A DNA stretch of 64,000 nt, taken from assembly GCA_965222215.1 (NCBI GenBank), contig OZ244931.1:2648597-2712596 (forward strand). The letters are read 5' to 3'. The position numbers and the translations under genes were made by a program. Within the stretch, counting starts at the first letter, position 1. Each line of letters opens with the position of its first letter. The notes beneath the pieces are model-generated. The model worked only from the letters and a program-made list of their open reading frames with translations, did no database searches and was not told the origin of the DNA. This DNA comes from Alphaproteobacteria bacterium (GTDB lineage Bacteria > Pseudomonadota > Alphaproteobacteria > UBA6615). This document shows, in pieces, positions 1 through 8,965 of the stretch.

Positions 1-2108
1 TTGCCGCAGCCAATGCAGGCGTCTGTGATATAGACCTCGCCGCCCATCGCACGCTTGATCGCGTCGGGCGGGCAATCGCTCATGCAGTGAGGATGCTCGC
101 AATGCCGACAGGACGTCGGCACGTGCATGTCGGCGTAGGTCGGCCCGGCCTCGCGGTCGAGCCGCGTGATCCCGCCATGGGTGCCGGCACACGCCTTTTC
201 GCAATTGTCGCAGCCGACGCACAGGGACTCGTCGATCAGCAGGATATCGGTCGCTTCCTTGCCGCCCTGGTCCACCAGGAATTCAATCAGGCTGCCCTGG
301 TCCGGCGTTTCGGCCATTCGGGCCGACATCTCGGCTCGTTCCTGACGAACGGTTTCGATTCGGGCGCGCAGGTCGGGGTGGCGCTCCAGCAACATATTGA
401 AGTCATCACGCTCGATGCGGATGGTTTCGCAATCAGCGGCCGCGGCAACCGTCGCGTTGCGCGGCTCGCCGCTGACGAGGGCCATTTCGCCGACATAGTT
501 GCCGGCCGCGACATAGTTCAGCACCACGTCGTGATCGCCGATCTGCTTGCGGACGAGGACCGAGCCGCGGCGAATAAGGTGCAGGCTGTCGCCCTCCTCG
601 CCCTCGGCGAACAACACCTTGCCCTTCGGCCAGGTGTGGATTGTTGCTGCGGCCGCGATGTCGTCGATGCTGCTGCGATCGAGTCCGGGCGCGAGATGCG
701 CCTGGATCGAGCGCGCAACGGCCTCGCGGTCCATTGCCTCACGCACGGACGGCACGCTCGCGCGCAACGTAATCATACGCCGGCGCGGCACCTCCAGAAG
801 AAGCGCATTCCCCTTGGCGGACACCGTGGCCGTGCGGCGACGGCCGGAGATCAAACCCATTTCACCGAAGAATGCGCCCTGCCCCAACTCGACAGTGGCC
901 TTGGGCGGATCCTCATCGTCCAGGTGAATGAGAACGGAACCCTCGATCACCACATACAGGCTGTTGGTGTAGTCGTTGCGGCGGAACACGATCTCCCCGT
1001 CGGAGAAATTGTGGACGTCCGACTCCAGCATCGTGTCGCGCAGCACAAGCGCGTTCAGTTCCGCAAAGATCGGCACGCGCTCGCGCACCGCGTCGAGGAA
1101 CCCGTCCACGTCCCATCCGGGTGCCACCGATATCTTCTCGCGCAACAGCGGCGCATCGGCCGGCTCCACGTCCTCGCCGACAATATGTTCGACAACTTCA
1201 TAGCCCTGGTTGAGCGCCTGCTTGATGAGCGGGAACCCGCCCAGCGCACCGACTACATACAGTCCCGGCACGTTGGATTCGTACTGCGGTGTCACTTCCG
1301 GCAGCGCATTGCGCTCTTCGTTCGGGAACGTCACGCCGCACGCCTCGACCAGCTTGCGCGGCGGTGCCGCCCCGAGGCGCGCGATGATCCGCTCGCAGGG
1401 AATGCGCGCTTCACCGTCGGGCGTCTCCAGGACGAGCGTATCGGCTTCGACTTCCTTGGTGTTCGCGTTATAGGCCACGTCCATACGGCCGGATTCGATG
1501 GCCGCGAGGATTGCGCTTTCGTTGGCGGACTTGGCGCGCGCGAATTCGCCCGACCGGTTGATGATCGTGACTTCGTTATGCTCGGCCAGCGCCAGCGCAT
1601 TCTCGATGGCCGCGTCGCCCGCGCCGATCACCGAAATTCGCTCATGCTCGAACTCGTCCGGATCGTCGAGCTGATAACCGACATGCGGGTGGTCCGCACC
1701 GGGCACCCGCAGCGTATTCAAGTTTCCCTGGAGGCCGACAGCCAGAATGATCGTCTCGGCCTCGACTTCCGATCCATCCTTGAGCGCGATCTTGAAGTCG
1801 CCTTTGGTGCCGGTGATACCGGTCATTTCCGAATCGAAACGGAAATTTACTCCCGCTTCGTCGGCGCGCGCGCGCCATGCGGCCAGCACGTCTTCGCGGC
1901 GCCCGTCCTCGAACGGGATTTCGCTGCGCAGCGGCGTATGTGCCGGCTGCGCCATGACATGCTTGCCCTTCTGGAATTTGAATATCGTGTTGCTCGGCTG
2001 CGGCGCGCGCTCCAGCACGACGTGCGAAAGGCCGCGAACTGCTGCCCGCGCCCCGGCGCTCAACCCCGCCGGACCGGACCCCACGATGGCGATCTGAAAC
2101 TTGGACAC
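1..2108 (-). CDS. FAD/NAD(P)H-dependent oxidoreductase (TrxR fold) fused to two cyclic-nucleotide-binding domains and a 4Fe-4S polyferredoxin domain; 3' end runs off the window
   Basis: Hand translation from GTG at 2108 (not in the ORF track): MSKFQIAIVGSGPAGLSAG (FAD), VIGAGDAAIENA (NAD(P)H), cNMP cassettes FFGEMGLISGRRRTATV and YVGEMALVSGEPRNATV, Cys motifs CVGCDNCEKAC, CRHCEHPHCMSDCP and CIGCG at the window edge. Confidence 0.93.
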   Translation of the reverse strand, partial: MSKFQIAIVGSGPAGLSAGARAAVRGLSHVVLERAPQPSNTIFKFQKGKHVMAQPAHTPLRSEIPFEDGRREDVLAAWRARADEAGVNFRFDSEMTGITGTKGDFKIALKDGSEVEAETIILAVGLQGNLNTLRVPGADHPHVGYQLDDPDEFEHERISVIGAGDAAIENALALAEHNEVTIINRSGEFARAKSANESAILAAIESGRMDVAYNANTKEVEADTLVLETPDGEARIPCERIIARLGAAPPRKLVEACGVTFPNEERNALPEVTPQYESNVPGLYVVGALGGFPLIKQALNQGYEVVEHIVGEDVEPADAPLLREKISVAPGWDVDGFLDAVRERVPIFAELNALVLRDTMLESDVHNFSDGEIVFRRNDYTNSLYVVIEGSVLIHLDDEDPPKATVELGQGAFFGEMGLISGRRRTATVSAKGNALLLEVPRRRMITLRASVPSVREAMDREAVARSIQAHLAPGLDRSSIDDIAAAATIHTWPKGKVLFAEGEEGDSLHLIRRGSVLVRKQIGDHDVVLNYVAAGNYVGEMALVSGEPRNATVAAAADCETIRIERDDFNMLLERHPDLRARIETVRQERAEMSARMAETPDQGSLIEFLVDQGGKEATDILLIDESLCVGCDNCEKACAGTHGGITRLDREAGPTYADMHVPTSCRHCEHPHCMSDCPPDAIKRAMGGEVYITDACIGCG

Positions 2109-2201
2109 GCCCCCGAAACTCTCCCCAGATACCCGCGAACCTCTACGATGGTCCGCTTCACGAAAACAAAGTTCTTGTTACCGGCTGCCCCTGCCGGCGG
2201 C

Positions 2202-2244
2202 TGTGATACGAATCACTACACCATCGAACGGATTTGAGTATACT
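2202..2244 (+). promoter_or_regulatory. CRP/FNR-family box TGTGA-N6-TCACT with TATACT -10 element (class II activator-dependent promoter geometry)
   Basis: TGTGA 2202-2206, TCACT 2213-2217 (9/10 to TGTGA-N6-TCACA); TATACT 2239-2244 implies +1 near 2251, putting the box centre at -41.5. Confidence 0.7.
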
Positions 2245-2302
2245 AGCTTACCGTTCCGAAATCGAACGTGAAGGGGCCGCTGGGGCAGCGGTCGGGGCAA
2301 AA

Positions 2303-3604
2303 ATGATTATTTCCGGTGTTCGTGCCGCACGCATCTTGTCTTTGGCGGCATCCATTCTGGCTCTATCTTTGGGGGCACAACACGCCTCGGCTCAAGATAA
2401 CGGAGCTATCCACCTGGGGGTACAGACCTGCGCGGCATCGACATGCCACGGCGCGGTCCAGCCCTGGCAGAATTCCGTGGTCCTGCAGAACGAGTTCGTT
2501 GTCTGGAGCACGCACGATGCGCATTCGGGTGCGTACGATGCTCTTCTCTCCGACCGGGCGAAGCGCATGGCTGCCCGGCTTGGCATCGGTGCCGCACATG
2601 AATCCGGCACCTGCCTGGCCTGTCACGCGGACAATGTGTCTGAGGATCGTCGCGGCAGGAACTTCGACATCACCGACGGCGTCGGTTGCGAAAGCTGCCA
2701 CGGAGGTGCCGAAAACTGGCTCGGCACCCATGTCAGCGGTCTCAGCGATCGGCCGACCCTGGTCTCGGAAGGCATGTACCCGACCGACGATCCGGTCAAA
2801 CGGGCCGAACTCTGCCTCGGTTGTCACCAGGCAAATCCGGACCGCATGGTTTCCCACCGCCTGATGTCCGCCGGCCACCCGCGCCTGTCTTTCGAGCTCG
2901 ACACCTTCTCGGTCAATCAGCCGGCTCATGTGCGCATCGACGACGACTACCGGCAACGCAAACCGGTCACCGACGGCGCAAACCTCTGGGCGATCGGGCA
3001 GGCCGTCGCGGCCGAGAAGCAACTCCGCGCCCTGGCGAAGTCGATGCGCGGGCGCAATCACCTCTTCCCGGAACTGACGTTCTTCGAATGCGGCAGCTGC
3101 CATCATTCCTATACGAATGCGAAGTGGAGCCCGCAGCCCGGCGTCGGCCTCGGACCGGGTGAACCGCAACTCTATGACGCCAACCTGGTCATGCTGCGTG
3201 CCATCGCCGACGGCAGGGACGACAAACTCGCTGCGACCCTTCGCAACCAGACCCGCGCGCTGCACCGCGCGACCCGCCAGGGTTCCGGTGCTGTTGCACG
3301 GGCGGCGGAAACGCTCGCTGACACCGTCAGCGGTGTGAAACGCGGCCTCGTCGACAAGCCGCTTCGCGAGGCGGACCTGCGGGCCACGCTGGCCACGCTT
3401 GTGTCACGCGACCACGCCGCCGACTACGTGGATTTCAGCGCCGCCGAGCAGGCCACGATGGCCGCGGCCGCGATCATCGCAACACTCGGGCAGTCGGCAC
3501 CGCCGGCGCTCGATTCGCTTTACGACGCGACGTCTTCTCCGACCCGCTACAATTCTAGCGGCTTCCGGAGCGCACTCGCGAAACTTCGAGACTATCTGAA
3601 CTAG
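2303..3604 (+). CDS. exported multiheme c-type cytochrome (c554/c552-4-like); 4 CxxCH plus 1 CX4CH
   Basis: Signal peptide after ATG 2303 (ending ASA-QD); motifs CAASTCH, CLACH, CESCH, CLGCH, CGSCH; helical C-terminal part. Confidence 0.9.
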   Translation: MIISGVRAARILSLAASILALSLGAQHASAQDNGAIHLGVQTCAASTCHGAVQPWQNSVVLQNEFVVWSTHDAHSGAYDALLSDRAKRMAARLGIGAAHESGTCLACHADNVSEDRRGRNFDITDGVGCESCHGGAENWLGTHVSGLSDRPTLVSEGMYPTDDPVKRAELCLGCHQANPDRMVSHRLMSAGHPRLSFELDTFSVNQPAHVRIDDDYRQRKPVTDGANLWAIGQAVAAEKQLRALAKSMRGRNHLFPELTFFECGSCHHSYTNAKWSPQPGVGLGPGEPQLYDANLVMLRAIADGRDDKLAATLRNQTRALHRATRQGSGAVARAAETLADTVSGVKRGLVDKPLREADLRATLATLVSRDHAADYVDFSAAEQATMAAAAIIATLGQSAPPALDSLYDATSSPTRYNSSGFRSALAKLRDYLN

Positions 3605-3607
3605 GAC

Positions 3608-5464
3608 GTGGTTGTGTTTACCCAACTCAGACTTTCCTGGCTGCCGATTGCGGCGGCTCTCGTGTTTGCGGCAACCAATACCGTGAACGCCGATACGCAA
3701 ACCGCGGCGAGCTCACTGCCGCCGTCGAATATCTGGTTCGCGCCGGCTGCTGACGGCAGCGACGTGCCGGAGGCATATCAGACGGCCGCCGTGAACACGG
3801 AAGGCAAGGATCCGCATCGCGCCCTGTTCGACGAGACCGAGTTTCCGTCGGCCGTTACCTGCGGGCGCTGCCATCAGAAGATCTTTACCGAGTGGGCGTC
3901 GTCGAACCACGCCTACGCGTCGATCTCGCCGATGTTTCACAAGTTCGAGCAGGCCATCAACGACCTGTCCTCGGGCACCATCGGCTCGTTCTGTGTGCGT
4001 TGCCACCAGCAGGTCGGCACCCAGCGCGGCGAACCGCGCGAGCAGCCGCTGTGGGAACGTTCGCTCGTCGCGCGCGAGGGCATCACCTGCGTGACATGCC
4101 ACCGCGTGAACGCGGAGTTCGGCAAGGTGAACGGCGAGCGGCACATTCAGCCCGGACCGATCGAGCAGCCAGTCTATGGCATCGGCCGCGCCGACAACCT
4201 TGAGAACGTCCTCAGCAACCCCGACGAATACAAAGTGGCGACCGAGGAAGACCCGGATGGCGCACAGATTCATCTGGCGGCCCTCGAGTTCGAGCAGATC
4301 GGCGACTCCCAGTTCTGCGTGTCCTGCCATCAGGTGGCCGTGAACCTGGGCATCAAGCTCGAAGTCGTGTGGGAACAGTATCGTGACAGCCCGGCTCAGG
4401 AGGCCGGAATAACCTGCCAGGACTGCCACATGGGCAAGGTGCCCGGCGAAGCCAAGGGTTACGCCGAGTGGCCGGTTGCCATCGTCAACGGGCGTGTCAT
4501 CGGGGATCCCAACGCACGCCACTCGAACCATGCCTTCTATGGCCCCGGCTACCCGATCTCTCACCCGGGCCTGTTCCCGTTCAACCCGCGCGGCCTGCGC
4601 TGGTCGATCAAGGAATGGCTGACGTTCGACTATCGCGCCGGCTGGGGCCTCGCGGATTGGGAGAACAAGCTTAGGGACGGCGAAGTTGCGGCGCCCGAAT
4701 TCCCCGAAATCTGGCAAAAGCGCGAAGACCGGATGTTCGCTCGCTTCGTGATCCAGCAGAACGAAAAACTGCTCGAAGACAAGCGCCGCGACCGCCTCGC
4801 CGTCATGGAAAACGGGAGCCGGATCGACGGCCCGTTCTTCGACGGCGACACGCCCGAGCGCGGCAAGAGCCTGTCGGTCCGCTATCGCGTGACCAACACG
4901 GACAAGGGCCACAACCTTCCGTCCGGTTCGCTGGGTGCGCAGCCGGAAATCTGGCTCAACGTGGCGCTGATCGACCCGGATGGCGAAAACGTCTGGGAAT
5001 CGGGATACGTGGACAGCCTCGGCGACATGGCCGACCTGCATTCGCTGGACGTGGCCGCTGGCACGATCGAACACGACGACCAGTTGTTCAACCTGCAGAC
5101 CAAGTTCCTGACCACCAACGTGAAGGGCACCGACCGGGAAATGTATCTTCCGGTACAGTTCGATATCGATCAGCTACCGTTCCTGCGCCCGGCCAACCTG
5201 CCCACCACGGTGTTGAACCATCCGCCGTTCGTGCGGATGGAAGGCCGGTCGATCCCGCCGCTCGGCTGGCGCGATGCGGAGTATAAGATCCCCGGCGAAG
5301 CTCTCCAGAAACCGGGCACCTACAAACTGCAGGTGCGGATGCGCTCGCGGGCCGAGCCGATCTATTTCATGCGGTTCGTCGGTGCGACCCGCGAGATGGA
5401 AGAGCGCATCAATGACTGGATGATCGACATCCATCCCTACGCGGTCGAGTTCGAGATCAAGTGA
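3608..5464 (+). CDS. exported pentaheme c-type cytochrome with beta-rich C-terminal domain
   Basis: Signal peptide (ending VNA-DT); CGRCH, CVRCH, CVTCH, CVSCH, CQDCH. True start may be GTG 3614, which is better spaced from AGGA. Confidence 0.9.
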   Translation: MVVFTQLRLSWLPIAAALVFAATNTVNADTQTAASSLPPSNIWFAPAADGSDVPEAYQTAAVNTEGKDPHRALFDETEFPSAVTCGRCHQKIFTEWASSNHAYASISPMFHKFEQAINDLSSGTIGSFCVRCHQQVGTQRGEPREQPLWERSLVAREGITCVTCHRVNAEFGKVNGERHIQPGPIEQPVYGIGRADNLENVLSNPDEYKVATEEDPDGAQIHLAALEFEQIGDSQFCVSCHQVAVNLGIKLEVVWEQYRDSPAQEAGITCQDCHMGKVPGEAKGYAEWPVAIVNGRVIGDPNARHSNHAFYGPGYPISHPGLFPFNPRGLRWSIKEWLTFDYRAGWGLADWENKLRDGEVAAPEFPEIWQKREDRMFARFVIQQNEKLLEDKRRDRLAVMENGSRIDGPFFDGDTPERGKSLSVRYRVTNTDKGHNLPSGSLGAQPEIWLNVALIDPDGENVWESGYVDSLGDMADLHSLDVAAGTIEHDDQLFNLQTKFLTTNVKGTDREMYLPVQFDIDQLPFLRPANLPTTVLNHPPFVRMEGRSIPPLGWRDAEYKIPGEALQKPGTYKLQVRMRSRAEPIYFMRFVGATREMEERINDWMIDIHPYAVEFEIK

Positions 5465-7062
5465 TGTTCAAAACAATGAAACGATCCGCGCCGGCCATCG
5501 CGCTGGCGGCCACAATTCTTGTCAGCGGTGGTGCCGTCGCCGAGGTGGTCACACAGACCGCCCAGACCCAGCGCCGTGAAGCTCCGCCGCCGGAGTTGCG
5601 CGAGGAACGAACCGGCAGCCCCGAGCATGAGGGCCACCAGGCACCGCCGGAAATGGACCCGGCTGTCCGTCGCTCGAGCCACGACAGCGAAGACTACCGC
5701 CCGGACCCGACCTATCCGGACGAGCCCTACGACGTGGAAGCGCAGCTGGAAATCTACGGCGGGAAGCGGGCGGTCAAGACGCCGCGCCCGGTCCTCGAAT
5801 TCGGCTTTCCCCAGTATCGCGAAGGCCCCATTGGCGCCGGTCACAACCTCGTCGGCGCCAAGAACCTGGTCCGGCCTCAGCTGCTCGTCTATGGCGACTG
5901 GCGCACGGCGGTCGCGTTCAACGACAACGGCAACAAGGAGACGGCGCTCGTCGCAACGCGCCTCAACCTCGATGTCGACCTGAAGATCACGGCGACCGAA
6001 CGCCTCCACGCCTTCTTCCGGCCCGTCGACCAAGGCGGAAAGTTCACGCGCTACGAGTTCGCGGGCGGCGATCACGATGAGGGCGACCTGATCCTCGACG
6101 CCAATATCGAGAACTTCTTCTTCGAGGGCGATCTCGGCGCCATCCACAGCGGCCTCGCGGACGAATACACCTCCTGGGACCTGCCTTTCACCTTCGGTCT
6201 CGTGCCGATGTTCTTCCAGAACGGCATCTGGGTCGATGACGCCTTCGTCGGCGGCGCGTTCGCGCTGACGGCGCGCAACTCGCGCCGGCTGGACATCTCG
6301 AACTACGACATCACCTTCTTCGGCGGCCTGGACAAGGTGTCCAGTGCGGCCCTCAAGGACGCCGACGGCGCGCTGGCCGACCATGCCGGCGACATCCTGG
6401 GCATCGCGACGTTCGCCGACATGCAGGAAGGCCATCTGGAAGCGGGCTGGGGCTATACGGACGATACCCGCGACGAGCCCCAGGGCGATTTCAGCTACCA
6501 CAACTTCATGGCCGGCTGGACCAAGCGCTACGGCGGCTGGCTGTCCAACTCGATCCGCGCAGTCTGGGCCGTGGGGCAGGATCCGGAAGCCGGGCAGACA
6601 CAGACCGCCGACGGCGTTGCGCTGTTGCTGGAAAACTCGCTGGTCACGTCCCTGCCGACCACGCTCGTGCCCTACTTCAACTTCTTCGTCGGCCTCGACC
6701 GTCCGCAGCCGCTGGCGCGGGGCGGGGACGGCCTGCTGAAGAACACGGGCATCAACTTCGAGACGGACGCGCTGACGGGCTTCCCCAAACTGGACGACAC
6801 GGCACGTGACGCCTGGGGCGGGGCGGTCGGTGTCAGCTACCTGTTCGACCTGTCGCGTCAGATCGTCGCCGAGGTCGCGACCGTGCAGCCCATGTCGAAT
6901 GCCTCGGCCGCCAAGGGCGATCAGTACGCACTCGGTCTTCGCTACCAGATGAACCTGTTCGGCCGTGACCGCTGGCTCATGCGCACGGACGCCATGTACG
7001 GCATCCTCGAAAACGACGAGGATATCGCGGGCGTGCGTCTGGAGTTCCGACGGAAATTCTAG
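5464..7062 (+). CDS. hypothetical exported protein, probable outer-membrane beta-barrel
   Basis: TGATG overlap with the upstream cytochrome gene; signal peptide; many alternating aromatic/hydrophobic strands; C-terminus AGVRLEFRRKF ends in Phe (BAM-type signal). Confidence 0.7.
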   Translation: MFKTMKRSAPAIALAATILVSGGAVAEVVTQTAQTQRREAPPPELREERTGSPEHEGHQAPPEMDPAVRRSSHDSEDYRPDPTYPDEPYDVEAQLEIYGGKRAVKTPRPVLEFGFPQYREGPIGAGHNLVGAKNLVRPQLLVYGDWRTAVAFNDNGNKETALVATRLNLDVDLKITATERLHAFFRPVDQGGKFTRYEFAGGDHDEGDLILDANIENFFFEGDLGAIHSGLADEYTSWDLPFTFGLVPMFFQNGIWVDDAFVGGAFALTARNSRRLDISNYDITFFGGLDKVSSAALKDADGALADHAGDILGIATFADMQEGHLEAGWGYTDDTRDEPQGDFSYHNFMAGWTKRYGGWLSNSIRAVWAVGQDPEAGQTQTADGVALLLENSLVTSLPTTLVPYFNFFVGLDRPQPLARGGDGLLKNTGINFETDALTGFPKLDDTARDAWGGAVGVSYLFDLSRQIVAEVATVQPMSNASAAKGDQYALGLRYQMNLFGRDRWLMRTDAMYGILENDEDIAGVRLEFRRKF

Positions 7063-7202
7063 GCCGATGGCCGGCATTTGAACGATTTTCACCAGCGAAA
7101 ATCTTTCGGCCGGTTCCCGCGATAGGATAGCTCCCATCCCGCCTTCGGGGCGGGCGAGTGAAATCACTCTCGGGTGAACCGTGAGTCTCGGGGAGGACCG
7201 TC

Positions 7203-8783
7203 GTGACGAAACAACCGAACTTCATCCTGTTCATCACCGACCAGCATCGCGCCGACTTCCTCGGCTGTTACGGTCACCCGGTCCTGAAGACCCCGAACAT
7301 CGACGCCATCGCGGCCGACGGGGTGCGTTTCGACAAGTTCTACGTCACCAGCCCCGTCTGCATGCCCAACCGCGCAAGCCTGATGACGTGCCGCATGCCC
7401 TCGAGCCATGGCGTGCGGTCGAACGGCATGCCCCTGGGCCGCGAGAACGTCACTTTCGTCGAGGTGCTGCGCGACGCCGGCTACGACACGGCACTGATCG
7501 GCAAGAGCCACCTGCAGAACTTCTCGGGCATGCCGCCCTTCGGAAAACCGGATGAGCCGCGCGACGGATACCACGCACCCGGCGACGGCCTGTCCGAAGC
7601 CCGGCGGCACGACAACGACAACCCGGCCTACGAGGTCGAACGGCCGCATTTCTGGGACGATCCCGGCGCCGCCGTCCCCACGCCCTTCTACGGCTTCGAC
7701 TATGTGGACCTCGTGACGGGCCACGGCGATTCGGTCGGGGGCAGCTACCGCGCATGGCTCGCCGAGCGGGACCCGGACGCCGCACGCCTGCAGGGTCGGG
7801 AGAATCAGCTCGACCACGACTATGTGTGCCCCCAGGCCGTTCGCACGGCGCTGCCCGAAGAGCTCTATTCGACCACCTACATCCAGGAGCGCGCCGCGGC
7901 ATGGCTGGAAGCCCGCGCGGATTCCGACCGCCCGTTCTTCCTGATGGTGTCCTGGCCGGACCCCCACCACCCGTTCAACCCCCCGGGCAGGTACTGGGAC
8001 ATGTACACGCCCGACCAGATGGAACTTCCCGCCGCGTTCGCGAACAACGACTGGACGCCGCCGGCCCATGTGGCCAACGCGATCCGCGAGCGCGAGGCCG
8101 GCGAAGCGGCGATGCAGGGCATGAACTCCATCGCCTGCAGCGCGCAGGAAGCGCTGGAGGCGCGCGCGCTGACCTGCGGCATGATCGCGATGATCGACGA
8201 CGCCGTCGGCGAGGTTATGGGGTCGCTGAACGGCACGAACCTGCGCGACGATACCGTCGTGTGCTTCACCGCCGACCATGGCGACCACCTTGGCGATCAC
8301 CGGCTCCTGTTCAAGGGTTCGGAGCAATACGATCAGATCACCCGCGTGCCGTTCATCTGGTCGGACCCGGAAGGCCCTTCCGGCGGACATGAGACCGGCA
8401 TCGGCCAGACTCACGACATCGGCACTACGGTCCTGGAGCGGGCGAAGATCGAGGCGCCCGCCGGGATGCAGGGTTTGCCCCTGCCGGTCGCGGGCGGAGA
8501 ACCCCGTGACGCGGCACTGATCCAGTACGAACACCAGAAACCCAGCGCGATCTTCAAGCCCGTGCCTCGGGTACATTCGGCGCACGACGGGCGCTGGCGG
8601 CTGTCGATCTACGACGGGTCGGATTTCGGCGAGCTCTACGACCTCGAAACCGACCCTCACGAACTCACCAACCTTTGGGACGACCCGAAAGCCACCGCGG
8701 ACAAGTCACGAATGCTGCTGGCATTGGCGAAGCTGGAGGTTGCCACGATGGACCGGATTCCCGTGCCCACGGGGCGCGCCTGA
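7203..8783 (+). CDS. Cys-type sulfatase family hydrolase (cytoplasmic)
   Basis: PNFILFITDQHR, CMPNRASLMT (CxPxR), GKSH, PDPHHP, ADHGD; RBS GGAGG. Confidence 0.92.
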   Translation: MTKQPNFILFITDQHRADFLGCYGHPVLKTPNIDAIAADGVRFDKFYVTSPVCMPNRASLMTCRMPSSHGVRSNGMPLGRENVTFVEVLRDAGYDTALIGKSHLQNFSGMPPFGKPDEPRDGYHAPGDGLSEARRHDNDNPAYEVERPHFWDDPGAAVPTPFYGFDYVDLVTGHGDSVGGSYRAWLAERDPDAARLQGRENQLDHDYVCPQAVRTALPEELYSTTYIQERAAAWLEARADSDRPFFLMVSWPDPHHPFNPPGRYWDMYTPDQMELPAAFANNDWTPPAHVANAIREREAGEAAMQGMNSIACSAQEALEARALTCGMIAMIDDAVGEVMGSLNGTNLRDDTVVCFTADHGDHLGDHRLLFKGSEQYDQITRVPFIWSDPEGPSGGHETGIGQTHDIGTTVLERAKIEAPAGMQGLPLPVAGGEPRDAALIQYEHQKPSAIFKPVPRVHSAHDGRWRLSIYDGSDFGELYDLETDPHELTNLWDDPKATADKSRMLLALAKLEVATMDRIPVPTGRA

Positions 8784-8965
8784 CCGGAGCGCCAATTTCG
8801 CCTGTGGAAATCCCCGGACTATAGGTTGGTGTTCGCAAGTGCGCGGCGCGACCCTCAGAATCTGCGGATTGCGTAAAAAATTGCACCCGGTCGCGACAAA
8901 CAAAAGCAACAAGCGCGACCGTAAGAACCGCCCGCAATGCCGGGCGTGGAACAGGGAGACCAGAA

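Noticed and set aside
87-2237. 716-aa plus-strand ORF in the track
   Set aside because: Antisense shadow of the real minus-strand oxidoreductase; it has no motifs, while the opposite strand has FAD, cNMP and Fe-S signatures.
3602-3610. The two cytochrome genes are in the same frame, separated by TAG-GAC; possible amber read-through to a decaheme fusion
   Set aside because: The second ORF has its own signal peptide and a usable AGGA/GTG start; no recoding signal or pyl genes seen.
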